DNA of 64,000 bases from Chiloscyllium plagiosum (lineage: Eukaryota). Positions 37,886 through 50,670 of this stretch are shown here, in pieces. A program made the translations under genes and the position numbers. Location of the stretch: positions 75,021,561 to 75,085,560 of the forward strand of contig NC_057711.1 of assembly GCF_004010195.1 (NCBI RefSeq), written 5' to 3'. The notes beneath the pieces were generated by a model. The model did no database searches, was not told the origin of the DNA, and worked only from the letters and a program-made list of their open reading frames with translations. Numbering within the stretch: position 1 is the stretch's first letter; each line of letters starts with the position of its first letter.

Positions 37886-38180
37886 GAGAAAGTGAGAACT
37901 GCAGATGTTGGAGATCAGAGTCAAAAAGTGTGGTGCTGGAAAGCACAACCGATCAGGCAGCACCCAAGGAGCAGGAGAATCAATGTTTTGGGCATAAACT
38001 CTTTATCAGGACTGGCACTTTTTGACTCTGATCTCCGACATTTGCAGTCCTCATTTTCTCCTAGTTGGTTATAATTTTATGCGAAATCTCTTCCAAGGAT
38101 GCCAGACTCATTCCTGATGAAGGGCTTATGCTCGAAACGTCGATTCGATTGCTCCTCAGATGCCGCCTGACTGTGCTGTA
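37886..38180. mobile_element. PLE-derived composite (family A): fold-back unit followed by a second terminus
   Basis: 45-bp inverted arms 37886-37930 and 38016-38060; second unit starts near 38110. Confidence 0.85.
38110..38145 (+). ncRNA. Minimal type-I hammerhead ribozyme motif (family A), intact core
   Basis: AUUC-CUGAUGA-A-GGGC-UUAU-GCUC-GAAA-CGUC^GAUU; predicted cleavage after 38141. Confidence 0.8.
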
Positions 38181-38627
38181 CTTACCTCATGACTGCCTGC
38201 TTGTAAAATTACGACAGAAGTTTCTGCAGCACCACAGATATGTTTACAGATTCATCTCCATGCTTATGTGTCCCCTAAATTTTTCTCTACCTACTATCGC
38301 ATTGACCAGGTCACACTGAAAGCATTCTTAAAAGACTAAATTTGAACTCATGATTTAATTATTCAATTTCTGTTCATTACCTAATCGCATGCATTGTCTC
38401 TAGAATTCATTTTTAGGTGTGTGAGTGGAATATGCAGCGGTTGTTTTTTATTGCATTCACATTTCTTGCTGAGTGAATAGATGTTATCTTGTCTTCTAAA
38501 GTCAAAATGCCCATGTGGTTTAAAACACAATGACTAAAAATATACATTTTGTTGCAGTTAAATAGCCAAAAGTCCTGTCAACTCTTCCTATCTGTAACAG
38601 GAAGTAGAGAAAATTTTATCTTTATTC

Positions 38628-38725
38628 AACTAGAGATGTCATGACAGACATCTGGACCAGATAACACTTGAACACAGGTCTTAAGACTTAAAGGCGGGAC
38701 ATTACCACAACACCACAAGAACCCT
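38628..38725 (-). mobile_element. Short tRNA-like SINE unit (same type as 46250-46550)
   Basis: Minus strand tgtggtgttgtggtaatgtccc...gttcaagt...agatgtctgtcatgacatct. Confidence 0.55.
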
Positions 38726-39774
38726 TGAGTAGAGAATTCAAGTAGGGATTCTCTGGCTACAATCAAATAGCTAAGAGTGGAATGAGTTAAGTGCCTTCCC
38801 ACAATGAAGGAAAAGAGCATAATGTCACCACATCAAAGGTCAGAGATAAGTCCAGGAAGATGATGAATCATAGTTTACCAAAGTCATATTTTTTTAGAGA
38901 TGGCTTTTGTAATTTTGATTAAAGCCAATTCAAAACTATGGTAGAGCAGAAACCCAGTGGTTCTGGTGTTCTTTAATTCATTATGCTAATGAGGCCATAC
39001 AAGTTATGTATTTGGTAGATATTCTCTCTTCTTCACAATGTCTCTTGACTGGAATAGACTTTTCCTAGTCTTGTAATCCACCTCTGATGTAATGACACAA
39101 AATTTTATGTAGACAGAGCTAGTTTATTAAGGGAGATAATTGGAAACTATGTAAATAGCCCACATACCAGTTTGTTGATCATGTAACAGCAGTGTTCATA
39201 ACAAAAGTTATTTCATACAGCCTTGTGGCCACATCAATATTAAATTAATAAATATTTCTGTTTCAAAAGCAGATATTGATAGAATCAATGTGGTAGTGGG
39301 GAGAGGGAAAAAAAATCAATAGATTTGCAGAAAACATTCAATAATGATATTATGAGATTATTAGCTGGAATTGAGGGATAGAGAATTGAAAATAGCCTTG
39401 TGGCATAGATTTTAAAAAAACATAGGTAGGAGGCAGAACTGGGGAAGAACGGATATTCTCAGATTGACAGGGCTGCAAAAAGCGATAATCCCTCAAGTAT
39501 CAGTGTTGACATAGCAGCTTTCAGTCAATATATATTAAATGCCTGGATTTCAGGAAAAAAACCAAAGAAATATAAGTAAGAGTAGATTGTATGACCTATC
39601 GAGATAAGGTCAATAAGATCAATTTTGAACTTCTATATCAACTTTACTTTTCCATAGCATTTGATTCCCTCAGTGCCCAAAAATGTTGATATAGGTATTG
39701 ACTAAATAAGTACAACCCTCTGTGATCAAGATTTCCAAAGGTTCAAAACTTTGACTGAAGATTTGGGGTAAACC

Positions 39775-40125
39775 TAATGGCTCAGTGGTTAGCACCTCTG
39801 CCTCACAGTGCGAGGGAACTGGGTTTGACTCTAGCTGGACAACTGTCAGTGTGGAGTTTGCATGTTCTCCCCATATCTGTGTTGGTTTCCTCTGGGTGCT
39901 CCAGTTTCCTCACACAGTCCAAAGATGTTCATGTTAGATGGATTGACCATGCTAAAATTGTCCCATAGCATTGAGGGATGAGTAGGCTAGGTGGATTAGC
40001 CATGGTAGAAGTGGAGTTAGGGTATATGGTGGAGGCCTTGGTCTGGGTGGGATGCTTTCTGGAGGGTTGGTACAGTGTCAATGGGTCAAATAGCCTACTT
40101 CTACATGGTAGGGAAGCTATGATTA
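39775..40125 (+). mobile_element. Older HE1-like SINE inside a minus-strand CR1 fragment
   Basis: tggctcagtggttagcacctctgcctcacagtg..gggtttgactc; body gtggagtttgcatgttctcccc. Confidence 0.85.
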
Positions 40126-41967
40126 AGGCATTTCTCCTTATCTCAACTTCAAATGGATGATTTCTCAGCCTGACGCAGTTGTTATGAAGATGGATATAAA
40201 CACAAATCTATAATTTCATTGGTAGGATTCATATCGTAAGCTTTTTTCAAAATGGACATTGAATCCATTCTTTGCAACCTCAAACCTTTCAATTTTCTGG
40301 AAGCTTCAAAAGTGACTTACAAAGTGACATGCTGAGACACCCCGTAGAGTTTTCACACTTGCTAATATCAAGGCTGTCTCCAAGAATGATTTTCTGATAC
40401 TAACACTGCTAAACAGTGAACAATACTCCATTGATACTTTCATTGTGAGAGAACATATATTTGTCTCGGTAAGGAGCAAACGGTTTCCACCCAGGTTGGA
40501 GGCGAGTCCAACTGCCTGATAAGATTACCACAATACCGTACATGGGACAATGACTTTCCAGTTTGAAAAGCAGTCACAACACAGTTACCATCTTGACTGC
40601 CAGGTATAGAAAAGGCAGTCCCTACTGCTGCCAGCAGAATCTTCACAATTCCTACTCTCAAAATCCCAAAATCTCTGGGAAGTCTGACAGATGAATAAAA
40701 GGGAATAAAGTTATCCATTCCTCCTCCACTGCAACCTCCTTTGATATTTCTCTCTGAAAATGTGCTCCATTTTTTTAACTGACTAGAAGCATAACTGCTA
40801 TGAACTGACTTTTACAGGAATGTAAAACAAAGTAAAATGAAGAACTGTGGATGCTGGACGTGTGAAACAGAATTATTATTTTCATTTTCCCTCCTAGAAC
40901 TTGACATGATATTTGTCAAAACTCTCTTTCACAGCCATATCTCATTCTTTAATAACTGCCTCTGGCTCAGACTCACCCCATGTGGATTCCAGATGAAGCT
41001 TTATTCTTCTCATTTCAAGCAGACCCAGGATCACAGGTATCTCCATGATGTCCAATGCTCCTCAGACAGCAGTTCACACCATATCTCGAAATCCACACTT
41101 AGTGACATGCACTGCTACATTCTCTATTTTGACCAACATTCCTGCTTTATATCCCCGCCTCAGTGATTTTTGTGCAGGGCATGACGTCAAACTCGTCTTC
41201 CATTCCTTTTCTAATTTTTCTTGTCTCAATTCCTTTGGACAGGGATCCTCTCCTGGTCCCACAGATCCCTTCATTCACCTCCACCTTTCTCCCTCCACCT
41301 TGGCCACCTCTCTGGTCTCTTACCTGAGCAGTCAATGCAACACTGGACACTTTCACTTCTCTGTTCCCCTCACCCATTCTAATCTCTCTTCTTCTGTACG
41401 TACTCCTCTCTGTGCTCTTAGATCCAACTTTATAATCAAGCCTGCCGACAAGGATGGTGCTGTTGTGGTCTTGTGTACTAACCTCTAGCTTACAGAGGCT
41501 GAGTGCCAGCTCTCAAATACCTCCCCCTATCCCTCCATGGGCCATGATCCCATTATTGAATATTAGGTTTTTGTGTCCATCATGGTCACGAACCTTATCA
41601 TATCTGGGGATCTCCCCAAAACCATACAGCCCATTTCTACCTTCTTCCCAAAATCTACACACAGGACTGTCTGGATAGACCCATTCTTTCAGCCTGTCCC
41701 TGTGCCATGGAACTCATTCCTTCCTACTTTCACTCAATCCTCCCCTTGTCCACTCCCTCCCACTTACATCCGTCAATTAAAAATTTCCAGTTTGCGGGCC
41801 ACGCCTCCTATTCATCATTGACCTGCAATTGCTTTACATACCTAGCCCATCAGGATGGTCTCAGGGCCTTCCACTTCTACTTGGATAAAGGGCCTGAATG
41901 ATCCACATCCACCACCCTCATCCTCCACATGGCTGAGCTCATCCTCACATTGAACAATTTCACACTT

Positions 41968-42370
41968 CTTGATTTGATTTGATCTCATTTATTACGGTCA
42001 CATGTACTGAGATACAATGAAAGGTGTTATTTTACAGGCAGATGCATCAGGGTAGCAATACAGAGTTCAGGCTACAATGTTACAGCTGCCGAGAAGGTGT
42101 AGAGAGGTTAATATTAACATTAAAGATGTCCATTCAAAAGCCTGATAACAGTGGAGAAGAAGCTGTTTTTGAATCTGTTCATATGTTACTGCAAACTTTG
42201 ATATCTCCTGCCCAATGAACAAAGGTGGAAGAGATGAGAGAGGTCTTTGTATTGGTTGCTATCCCAATGCAGCATGAGTACAGATGAAGTCAATGGATGG
42301 GAGGTTGGTTTGCATGATAGACAGGGCTTTGTTCACAACTATTCGTAGCTTCTTTTGGTCTTGGGAAAAG
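41968..42370 (-). mobile_element. Rex1/Babar LINE 3' end
   Basis: Minus strand aaaaacagcttcttctccactgttatcaggcttttgaatgg (KNSFFSTVIRLLN) and (caaat)n tail. Confidence 0.7.
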
Positions 42371-43573
42371 TGGTGTGGCCATGGGTGCTCCCTTGGGGCC
42401 CAGTTATGCCATCTTTTTGTGCAACACATGGAATTGTCCTTGTTCCAATCCTACTTAGGCCCCTCCTACAACTCTTTCTCCAGTACACCAATGACATCAA
42501 TGTTGCTGCTTCCCTCTCTCATCTGGAACTGAAAGAAATTGATTAATTTTGCTTCCAATTTCCATCCTGCTCTCACTTTCACTCCGCCCACCCAAACTCC
42601 TCCCTTCCCTTCCTCAGCATTTCTGTTCCCATTTCTGGGTATAAGATGGCCACTGATATCCATTACAAACCCACTGACTCCTATAGTTACCTGGCCTACC
42701 CATCCTCATACCTTGCTTTCTTTAAGAATTTCATTCCCTTTTCCCAGTTTCTCCGTCTCTATCTCTGATGACACCTTCCATGGGATGTCTCAGAAATGTC
42801 CACCTTTTACCTCAACCAGTGATTCCTAGTACCACGGTTGACAGACCCCTCAACCAAGTTCAACCACATTTCCTACACTTCTGTCCTCACCCCTTCCCCT
42901 CCCCTCACAACAATGATAGGATCCCCCTGTTCCCACTTTCCATGACAACAGACCCCATGTTCAACAGATTATGAGTCACAACGTCTACCATTTCCTAGGA
43001 GATGTCACCGCTAGACACATATTCCCTTCCCTTCTCTTATCATCATTCACAGGGCCCACTCCCTCTCGGATATCCTGGTCCATTCCTCCTCCATTCCCAA
43101 CACCTGCCATTCTCCCCAGGAAATGCCAACTGGGTGACCACTTTGTGAAGCACCTCCACTCCGTTTGTAAATATAACTCCAAGCTTCCAGTTGCCTGCCA
43201 TTCCAATGCATCATGTTTCCATGCCAACATAGAGTCATGGAGATACACAGCACGGAAAGAGACATTTCGGTCCAACCTGTCCATGCCAGCCAGATATCCC
43301 AATCCAATCTGGTCCCACCAGCCAGCACCTGGCCCATATCCCTCCAAAGTCTTCCTATTCATATACCCATCCTGATGCTTTTTAAATATTGCAATTTTAC
43401 CAGCCTCCATGACTTCCTCTGGCAGCTCATTCCATACACATACCACCCTCTTCCTGAAACAGTTGCCCCTTAGGTCTCTTTTATATCTTTCCCCTATCAC
43501 CCTAAACCTATGCCCTCTAGTTCGGGACTCCCCCACCCCAGGGAAAAGACTTTGTCTATTTATCCTATCCATG

Positions 43574-43758
43574 TTGTGGTTCTGTTGGCCGAGCTGGGAA
43601 TTTATGTTGCAGACGTTTCATCCCCTGTCTAGGTGATATCCTCAGTGCTTGGGAGCCTCCTGTGAAGCGCTTCTTGTGTCTGCAACACAAATTCCCAGCT
43701 CGGCGAACAGAACCACAACAACGAGCACCCGAGCACAAATCTTCTCACAAACTTTGAA
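43574..43758. mobile_element. 185-bp fold-back PLE-derived mini-element (family C) with 13-bp TSD
   Basis: TSD tatcctatc(c/g)atg at 43561-43573 and 43759-43771; arms ttgtggttctgttggccgagctgggaatttatgttgcagac / gtctgcaacacaaattcccagctcggcgaacagaaccacaa. Confidence 0.88.
43608..43648 (-). ncRNA. Minimal type-I hammerhead ribozyme motif (family C), intact core
   Basis: Minus strand GCA-CUGAGGA-U-AUCACCU-AGAC-AGGGGAU-GAAA-CGUC^UGC; stem I GCA/UGC, 6 of 7 pairs in stem II. Confidence 0.75.
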
Positions 43759-44419
43759 TATCCTATCGATGACCCTCATGATTTTATAAACCTCTATAAG
43801 GTCACTCCTCAGCTTCCAACGCACCAGGGAAAACAGCCCCAGCCTGTTCAACCACCCTTTTTGCTCAAATCCTCCAACTTTGGCAACATCCTTGTAAATC
43901 TTTTCTGAACCCTTTCAAGTTTCACAACATCCTTCCGATAAGAAGGAGACCAGAATTGCACGCAGTATTCCAAAAGTGGCCTAACCAATGTCCTGTACAG
44001 CTGCAACATGACCTCCCAACTCCTGTACTCAGTACTCTGACCAATAAAGGAAAGCATACCAAATACCTTCTTCACTACCTTATCTCCCTACAACTCTACT
44101 TTCAAGGAGCTATGAACTTGCACTTCAATGTCTTTTTGTTCAGCAACACTCCCTCGGACCTTACCATTAAGTGTATAAGTCCTGCTCTGATTTGCTTTCT
44201 CAAAATGCAGCACCTCGCATTTATCTAAATTAAACTCTATCTGCCACTCCTCAGCCCACTGGCCCATCTGATCAGGATCTCATCGTACTCTGAGGTAACC
44301 TTCTTTGCTGTCCACTACACCTCCATCAGTCTAAGTCCTCTGCAGTTCTCCAGCGAAGCTCAGAGCACAGTGGAGGAACACCTCATTTTACATCTCGGTC
44401 CCTTACAACTGTAAGGACT

Positions 44420-44751
44420 CATAGAATCCCTACATTATGGAAACAGGCCTTTAGGCCCAACAAGTCCACATATTCCGTCCTGAGCAACCCACCCAGATCT
44501 ATTTTTCTACATTACCCCTGACTAATGCACCTAACCTACACATCTCTGAACATTATGAGCAATTTAGCACAGCTAATTCAGCAAACCTGCACATCTTTGG
44601 ATCATGGGAGGAATCTGGAGCACCCGAAGAAAACCCTCGCAGACACAGGGAGAATGTGCAAACTCCACAGAGACAGTCGCCAGAGGCTGGAATCGAACCC
44701 GGGTCACTAGCGCTGTGAGGCAGCAGTGCTAGCCCACTGAGCCACTGTGCT
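44420..44751 (-). mobile_element. HE1-type SINE inserted in the PLE GIY-YIG region
   Basis: Minus strand gcacagtggctcagtgggctagcactgctgcctcacagcgctagtgacccgggttcgattcc. Confidence 0.9.
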
Positions 44752-45524
44752 GACTGATTAGTCAGGCATTGAACTTATGTTTCAAAGCATGAACATCCTC
44801 TTTCGTGTTCGAATGTACCACCAAAACCCCACGTCCTGTTCTGAATGGATTACTCCTAGCACAGCCAACCCATTTTGTGCCATTCACACTTCGCAAAAGC
44901 ACCCATTCGGCACTAATCTCACTGCTGGTTTATCATCAGTATCCCTTTGTCCACCTCTCTTTTTTTTCTTTTCTCTTTCTTCTCTGTCTCTCACTGGATC
45001 CTGTCTCCATATATTTGACTCACTTCTTCTTCCATCCTGCCACCACCAATTATCAGCAAAAATGCCACCATTTCCCAGCTGCTTTCAGTTCTGACAAAGG
45101 GTCATTGGACTCAAAATGAGGTTCTGTTTTTCTCTCAAAAGACATTGCCAGGCCAGCTTTACAGCATGTTCTCGTTTTGTTTTTAAAAGAAGCCATCAAC
45201 TCATCAGCACCTCTCTGTCCAGAAAAACAAGCCAATATAAACAGCCACATCACTGGTACCACAGATAAAGGAATTTCTGATCTTATGTTGCTTTTATTTA
45301 TAAACTTTAACTTCTATCAAGTTACTCTTTAATTTTGCATTGTGCGTCAAGGAAATCAAGACATTATTTCTAACTTTACCTAACTTTGTAAAATCTTTAC
45401 CTGTCAGTTTTAGTTATAAAGCTAATTCTTTTCTAACTTTATTCAAGGCTGACTTCTTTCTCTATGCAGACCCACGCAAAATTAAATACATTCACAATTG
45501 GCAACACTTCATGTTTAAATATTC

Positions 45525-45930
45525 ACATCCAGAAACATTCATTCTCTCCATCATCGATGTTCAGTAGCAGCAGCAAGTACCATCTATAAGATGCACTGCA
45601 GAAATTCACCAAGGTTCCTCAGACAGCACCTTCCAAACCTGAGACCACTGCCACCTAGAAGGACAAGGGAATCAGATACATGGGAACACCACCACCTCCA
45701 AGTTCCCCTCCAAGCCAATCACCATGTTGACTTGGGGATATATCGCTGTTCCTTCTGTGTCGCTAGGTCCAAATCCTGGAATTCCCTCTATAACGGCTTT
45801 GTGGGTTCACTTATGGCACATGAACTGCTTTGGATCAAGAAGGCACCACCTTCTCAACAGCCACTAGGAATGGACAATAAATGCTGGCCTAGTCACTGAT
45901 GCTCACATCTCATGAATGAATTAAAAAATA
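45525..45930 (+). mobile_element. 3' end of a second CR1/L2-group LINE family
   Basis: MHCRNSPRFLRQHLPNLRPLPPRRTR..YRCSFCVARSKSWNSL; (tgaa)n tail; other copies at 47.3, 50.1 and 57.4 kb. Confidence 0.8.
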
Positions 45931-46106
45931 ACCATTATAACCAACTCAGAAGGGGGAAAATAGAGGAGTCAGTTCATCTGCCATAATCTGATTGTAACAC
46001 AATGTTCATAATTCTTCCACCCAGCCAAGAGAAACAGCCATTCTACATTTAATTTGTAAAACCCTTTAATAATTGCATGAAGTTCAATTGACACATTTCC
46101 GGAGCA

Positions 46107-46243
46107 AGGCGAAAGTGAGGACTACAGATGCTGGAGATTAGAGTTGAGAGTGTGGTGCTGGAAAAGCACAGCAGGTCAGGCAACATCTGAAGAGTAGGAA
46201 AATCGATGTTTCAAGCGAAAACTCTTCATCAGGAAGTGAAGGA
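46107..46243 (-). mobile_element. PLE terminal insertion (family A) with CpG-decayed hammerhead and TSD
   Basis: acatttcNNgagca at 46093-46106 and 46244-46257; minus strand CUGAUGA-A-GAGU-UUUC-GCUU-GAAA-CAUC. Confidence 0.8.
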
Positions 46244-46249
46244 ACATTT

Positions 46250-46552
46250 CTAGAGCAGGTGTGACTTGAATCCAGACCACAAGATCCTTTTCAAATTATG
46301 CTAGATACTTTTAACCAGCCTGTGCAGATGTGTTATGCCATATCTTTGAAGCAGGTAGGACTAGAATCTAGGTCGCTGGCTGAGAGGTGGGGACACCACC
46401 AGTACACCAGTACCGCTGCCAAATAGTGCCTTTTCCTTTTCCTAAACAACCTGTTCAAAGATGTTGTTACATACCTCTAGAGCAGGTGGGACTTGAACTT
46501 GGCCCTCCTGCCTAAAAGGCAGGGACATTGCCACTGTACCACAAAAAGATCC
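46250..46552 (-). repeat. Three tandem tRNA-like SINE units
   Basis: Recurring agcaggt..gact.gaa at about 46254, 46350 and 46481; minus strand tggtacagtggcaatgtccc and gttcaagtccc boxes. Confidence 0.65.
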
Positions 46553-47329
46553 CGACAAATTATGTTATTGTTATAAGTCTGATTTCAATCAAATGAAAGG
46601 TACACCGCGTATTAATCAGTAGAAATACAAACAAACCATCAGTGTCCAAAGGACGTGTTGAATTTATACCAAATATTTCTTCAAGTATGAAAATTATAGT
46701 TTCAACTCATTCAGCCATTTCTCAGACACTTTAGACACAGCTTGGGATGCAACAATTGGGGAAGCTTTTGAATTTTTAATGTCACATACAGATGCCATAA
46801 AAATCCATTCAAAGAAGCAGAAAACACAGTGCAGGTCTCAGTGAGGATAAATTATTAAAAGCACTCAAAAAATACAATAAAACATAAGAGAAAAAGCTTT
46901 GAGTTCTGCTCAGCCCCAAAATCTGATCGTAATGTGAAGAGAAGGTCTGAGAAAGAACAAATTGCAAGAAGCTCATTTAAAAAGAGTGGGTCCATTATCC
47001 TGAGGAGCTATATGTTTGTATGCAGGGATTAATAACACATCAGAAAAGATCGAAAAGATTGGAGATACTGTGCAGAAGCTAGGATCTAAAATTTGCGACG
47101 TTTTCAGATCCCCGTTCTCAAGTTGCATTCTTTATATGACATGTAGCACCGTTTGAAATGGCTGTTCATTGTTTTATGTATACATTCGAGCAGCATTTCA
47201 GTATCTTTGGAGGTGGGACTGTATCAGGCAGCCCACGTGCCACACCTAGTCTGCCTCTATCCTGATCCTTGGAGGATAAGCACCATTCCTGCTCATTTAC
47301 ATTCTAAATTCAATTATATTTCAAGCTGT

Positions 47330-47992
47330 GTATTTGATTTCTGTTATGTCCTACCTCCGTGGTGCTTATCCACCATCTACAAGGTAAAGATTGGGAAATT
47401 GCCACTTGCCTGTTCTGGGTGCAGTTCTGACAACAGTGAAAGAACTCAACATCACTTAAGGCAAAGCAACCCACTTGATTGCTGCCTCGTTCCTCAGCTA
47501 CAGCATTCACTCCCTCTATTGCCAATGTGCAAATGCCTGCTATCTATACCATCTACAAAATGCATTGCAGCAATTACCAAGGTACCTTTACCAACACCTA
47601 ACAAAACTGTGAACTTTATCACCTAGAAGCTACCTGATGGAGGAGCAGCACTCTGAAAGCTAGTAGTTCCAAATAAACCTGTTGGACTAAAACATGATGT
47701 TGTGTGATTTTTTTTAACTTAGAAGGACAAACGCAGCTGATACATGGAAACACCACCACCTACAAGATCCCCTCTAAGTCACACATCATCCTGACACAGA
47801 ACTATATCAGCATTTCTTTCATAGTGCTGGATCAAAATCCTGAAATGACCTTTCTAACAGCACTATGAGTGTACCTATAACCCAAAGCCTGAAGCTGTTC
47901 AAGGCAGAAACTCACCACCACCTTTTCCAGAGCAATTAATTTGCACAATAAAAGGTGACCTGGCCAGCTTTATCCACAGTCTGTGAATGACT
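47330..47992 (+). mobile_element. CR1/L2-group LINE family 2, 3' part, interrupted by a PLE fragment
   Basis: Similar to 45525-45930 (accatctacaa.atgca.tgcag, caaaatcctg). Confidence 0.75.
47630..47719 (+). mobile_element. 90-bp PLE terminal insertion (family B) beginning at a hammerhead motif
   Basis: tagaag duplicated at 47624-47629 and 47720-47725; CUAC-CUGAUGG-A-GGAGCAGCACUCU-GAAA-GCUA^GUAG (one core mismatch). Confidence 0.82.
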
Positions 47993-49175
47993 CTTTGTAA
48001 AGTATTATCCCAAACCCAAAATCCATTCAAAGAAGCAGAAAATACAGGTCAGATCTCAGTGAGGATGAATTATTAAAAACTCTCAAAAAAACACACACAG
48101 CATCAGGGAACATATATAGGAAATAAAAATTCATCATTTCAAAACCATGCTTGATTTTGTGACAGTTTATAGCAATTTACAGCAAAGCAAATCAATATTC
48201 ATGCCCATGCTTGCAATTTCTTGTATCTCTATTATTGTTCTTATGTTCTCTCTTATATGTTCATTGTGCAAGAATAAGATGAGGGAGGCATCTAACTTAG
48301 ATAAAATAAATATTTGGAATCAAACTGGTTAACAAGGTGATAGGAATGCAGCAGAGTTGGATTTTGCCTCCCACATTAACATCACCTTTCCTCCATCCAA
48401 ATTCCTGGGAATAAGCTCATTCAAATAAGTATTTAGGATGGATGGCCTACATCTTTTGAGATGTAACGCACACACACACTCTCTCTTCTTTGCTCTGCAA
48501 ATTCAGTATGATGATCTGTAACTCCAACACTGTTCTGAGAACAGTGGAGCTCAGGATCAATGTCTTATGGGTTGACATACAGATAAACAATGCCTCTTAC
48601 GTTCCATTGATTTGTCACCTTCAGAAGTGCAGCCTGGAAGTATGTCCACTCTCTAGACCTAAGAAAGATCAACAATTGCCAGACAAACCCACAAAATGCT
48701 TGGTGGAATGAGGACAAATCATGCTATTTAGGCCTAAATCCTTTTGCTAAATTGGAATTTTTAGACTAGCAAAAGTGAAATAGAGGAAACATAGGAAATT
48801 GCAACCTTCACCCAGGGGCAATATTCTCCAGTGCAGACTATCCTCCAAAAGCGAGCCAGAGCATTAGCTTGTTTTTATTTTAGATGCAATATTAATTATT
48901 TCCAAAGTGGTGTTGAACACTCGTTTTAAGGATTCCGAGTCACCTAATCTGGGCTAAGTCAAAGCAATTTATAAAATATGGGAATGCTTGATAGACAATG
49001 CAAGATATGTTTGGGTGGTCTATCATATCTATATAGTTTTGGTAAAGTACATGGTACAGCCTCTGAAAGGGAGAAGTCACCAACTCTGAGCTAAATGTTA
49101 ATAAAACTAAGAATGTGGATGCTCAAAATCTCATTTAAAAGAAAGTCAACATTTTGAATGTATTTGCGACAGGAG

Positions 49176-49622
49176 AGTCACAGAGTCATAGAAATATATA
49201 GCACAGGAACACACCCTTCAGTCCATGCTGACCAGATATCCGAAATTAATCTAGTCCCATTTGCCAGCATTTGGCTGATATCTCTCTTATCCCTTTCTAT
49301 TCATATACCTATTCAGATACCTTTTATTTGTTGTAATTGTACCAGCCTCCACCACTTCCTCTGGCAGCTCATTCCATATAAGCACCACCTTCTCCATGAA
49401 AAAGTTGCCCTTTAGGATCTTTCCCTTCTCACCTTAAACCTAAGCCCTCTAGTTTTGGACTCCCCTACCCTGGGGAAAAAGGCTTTGGCCATTTACCCTA
49501 TCCATGCCTCTTTTGATTTTATAAACCACTGGAAGGTCACCCTTCAGCCTCCGACACTCCAGGGAAAATAAACCCAGCTTATTCAAGTTCTCCTTCTAGC
49601 TCAAACACTCTAACCCCAGTAA
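49176..49622 (-). mobile_element. CR1 3' fragment
   Basis: Similar to the reverse complement of 290-690. Confidence 0.88.
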
Positions 49623-50064
49623 AGAACTGATTGGAGAGGCAGAATTGAGAAAATCTGGAAGGCTAATGAAATTACTTTGTTTGTATTGAGAATGATAGAT
49701 TGGATTTCACAAATTCCTTTCTTAGCATTCATTATATCATAAATAGTGGAAAAAAATTCTGCAGGATTCTACCACCTGGTAAAAATGACAACAGTGAAAT
49801 TCTGCTGAATTCCTGGAGCACGGTTTCCTAACATTTCCATAGCTTCTGTTCCTTTGTTAGCGAGGACAAATTGAAGAGTCTCCGTGGTAATTCACTATTT
49901 TTATTTCCAGTGTTTTGTGTTCAGATTAGAGAAGCCTTGAATTAGTTGTAAGGAACAGAATATTGAGCATATGCACGTGATTCTCTGTGTTTGTGTGCAT
50001 AACAAATAAAATCACAAATTGTTACTTATTCAAATTAACTTTTCTGCTTGTATCCCCGAGCTGT

Positions 50065-50670
50065 GTTTCTTTCATTCAAAGAATATGGGCATCTCCAGGG
50101 AGAGCCATCATTTATTGCCCATCAATAACTGTCCTTGATCAGGTGGTGAGCTGTAGTCCATATGGTTCAGGTATATCATATTCAGGTTCAGACTCAGGAA
50201 GGAGTTCTAGGATTTAACCCAAGCTTCTGCCACTCTTATCTTGGTAGATGTCATGTGGTTGGAAGGTGCTGTCGACAAAGCTTGTTGCTGTACATCTTGT
50301 AGATGGCACATTTTGATGGCATTGCATGTCAGTGGTGAAGAGACTGAATGTTGAAGGTGGTGGACAAGATGCCAAACAAGCGAATGCTTTTTCCTGAATG
50401 GTTGAGCTTTTTGAGGGAAGTGCAAAACATTCCTTCACAATCCTGTCTTATGCCTTTTTGATATTGTACAGGCAGTCAGGAGGCAGGAGGTAAGTTAGTT
50501 GTTGCAGAATTCCTAGCATTTGACCTGCTGTTGCAATCACAATATTTAAAATGCTAGTTCAGTTGAATTTCTGGTCAATGATAATCCCCAGGATGTTGAT
50601 AGTAGGGCATTCAGTGATAGTAACACCATTGAATGTCAAAGAATGATGGTTGAATTCTCTCTCGATAGAG
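50065..50670 (-). mobile_element. CR1/L2-group LINE family 2, 3' part
   Basis: Reverse complement of 45525-45930 motifs (ttcattca, catttattgccc, catcttgtagatgg). Confidence 0.7.

Larger units (their letters stand above)
43228..44325 (-). mobile_element. Young 5'-truncated CR1 LINE, same subfamily as 1-697
   Basis: GMLSFIGQSTEYRSWEVMLQLYRTLVRPLLEYCVQFWSPSYRKDVVKLERVQKRFTRMLP; WNELPEEV. Confidence 0.93.
40880..45180 (+). mobile_element. Long decayed Penelope-like retroelement (RT and GIY-YIG), interrupted by Rex1, CR1 and SINE insertions
   Basis: IIKPADKDGAVVV, MINFASNFHPALTF, HLHSVCKYNSKLPVACH; GIY-YIG resumes at 44326 and near 44766; decayed hammerhead ctgacaaagggtcattggactcaaaatg near 45091. 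Confidence 0.85.
46800..48090. repeat. About 73-bp direct repeat pair (46800-46872 and 48018-48090)
   Basis: aaaatccattcaaagaagcagaaaa.acag..cag.tctcagtgaggat.aattattaaaa.c.ctcaaaaaa in both. Confidence 0.9.

Noticed and set aside
40440..40718. 92-aa minus-strand ORF in unique-looking, slightly CpG-richer DNA
   Set aside because: No recognisable domain in the frames checked and no convincing splice pair
42985..43572. Longest ORF (195 aa, minus strand)
   Set aside because: Chimera of the CR1 ORF2 C-terminus, its UTR and antisense PLE sequence; not a gene
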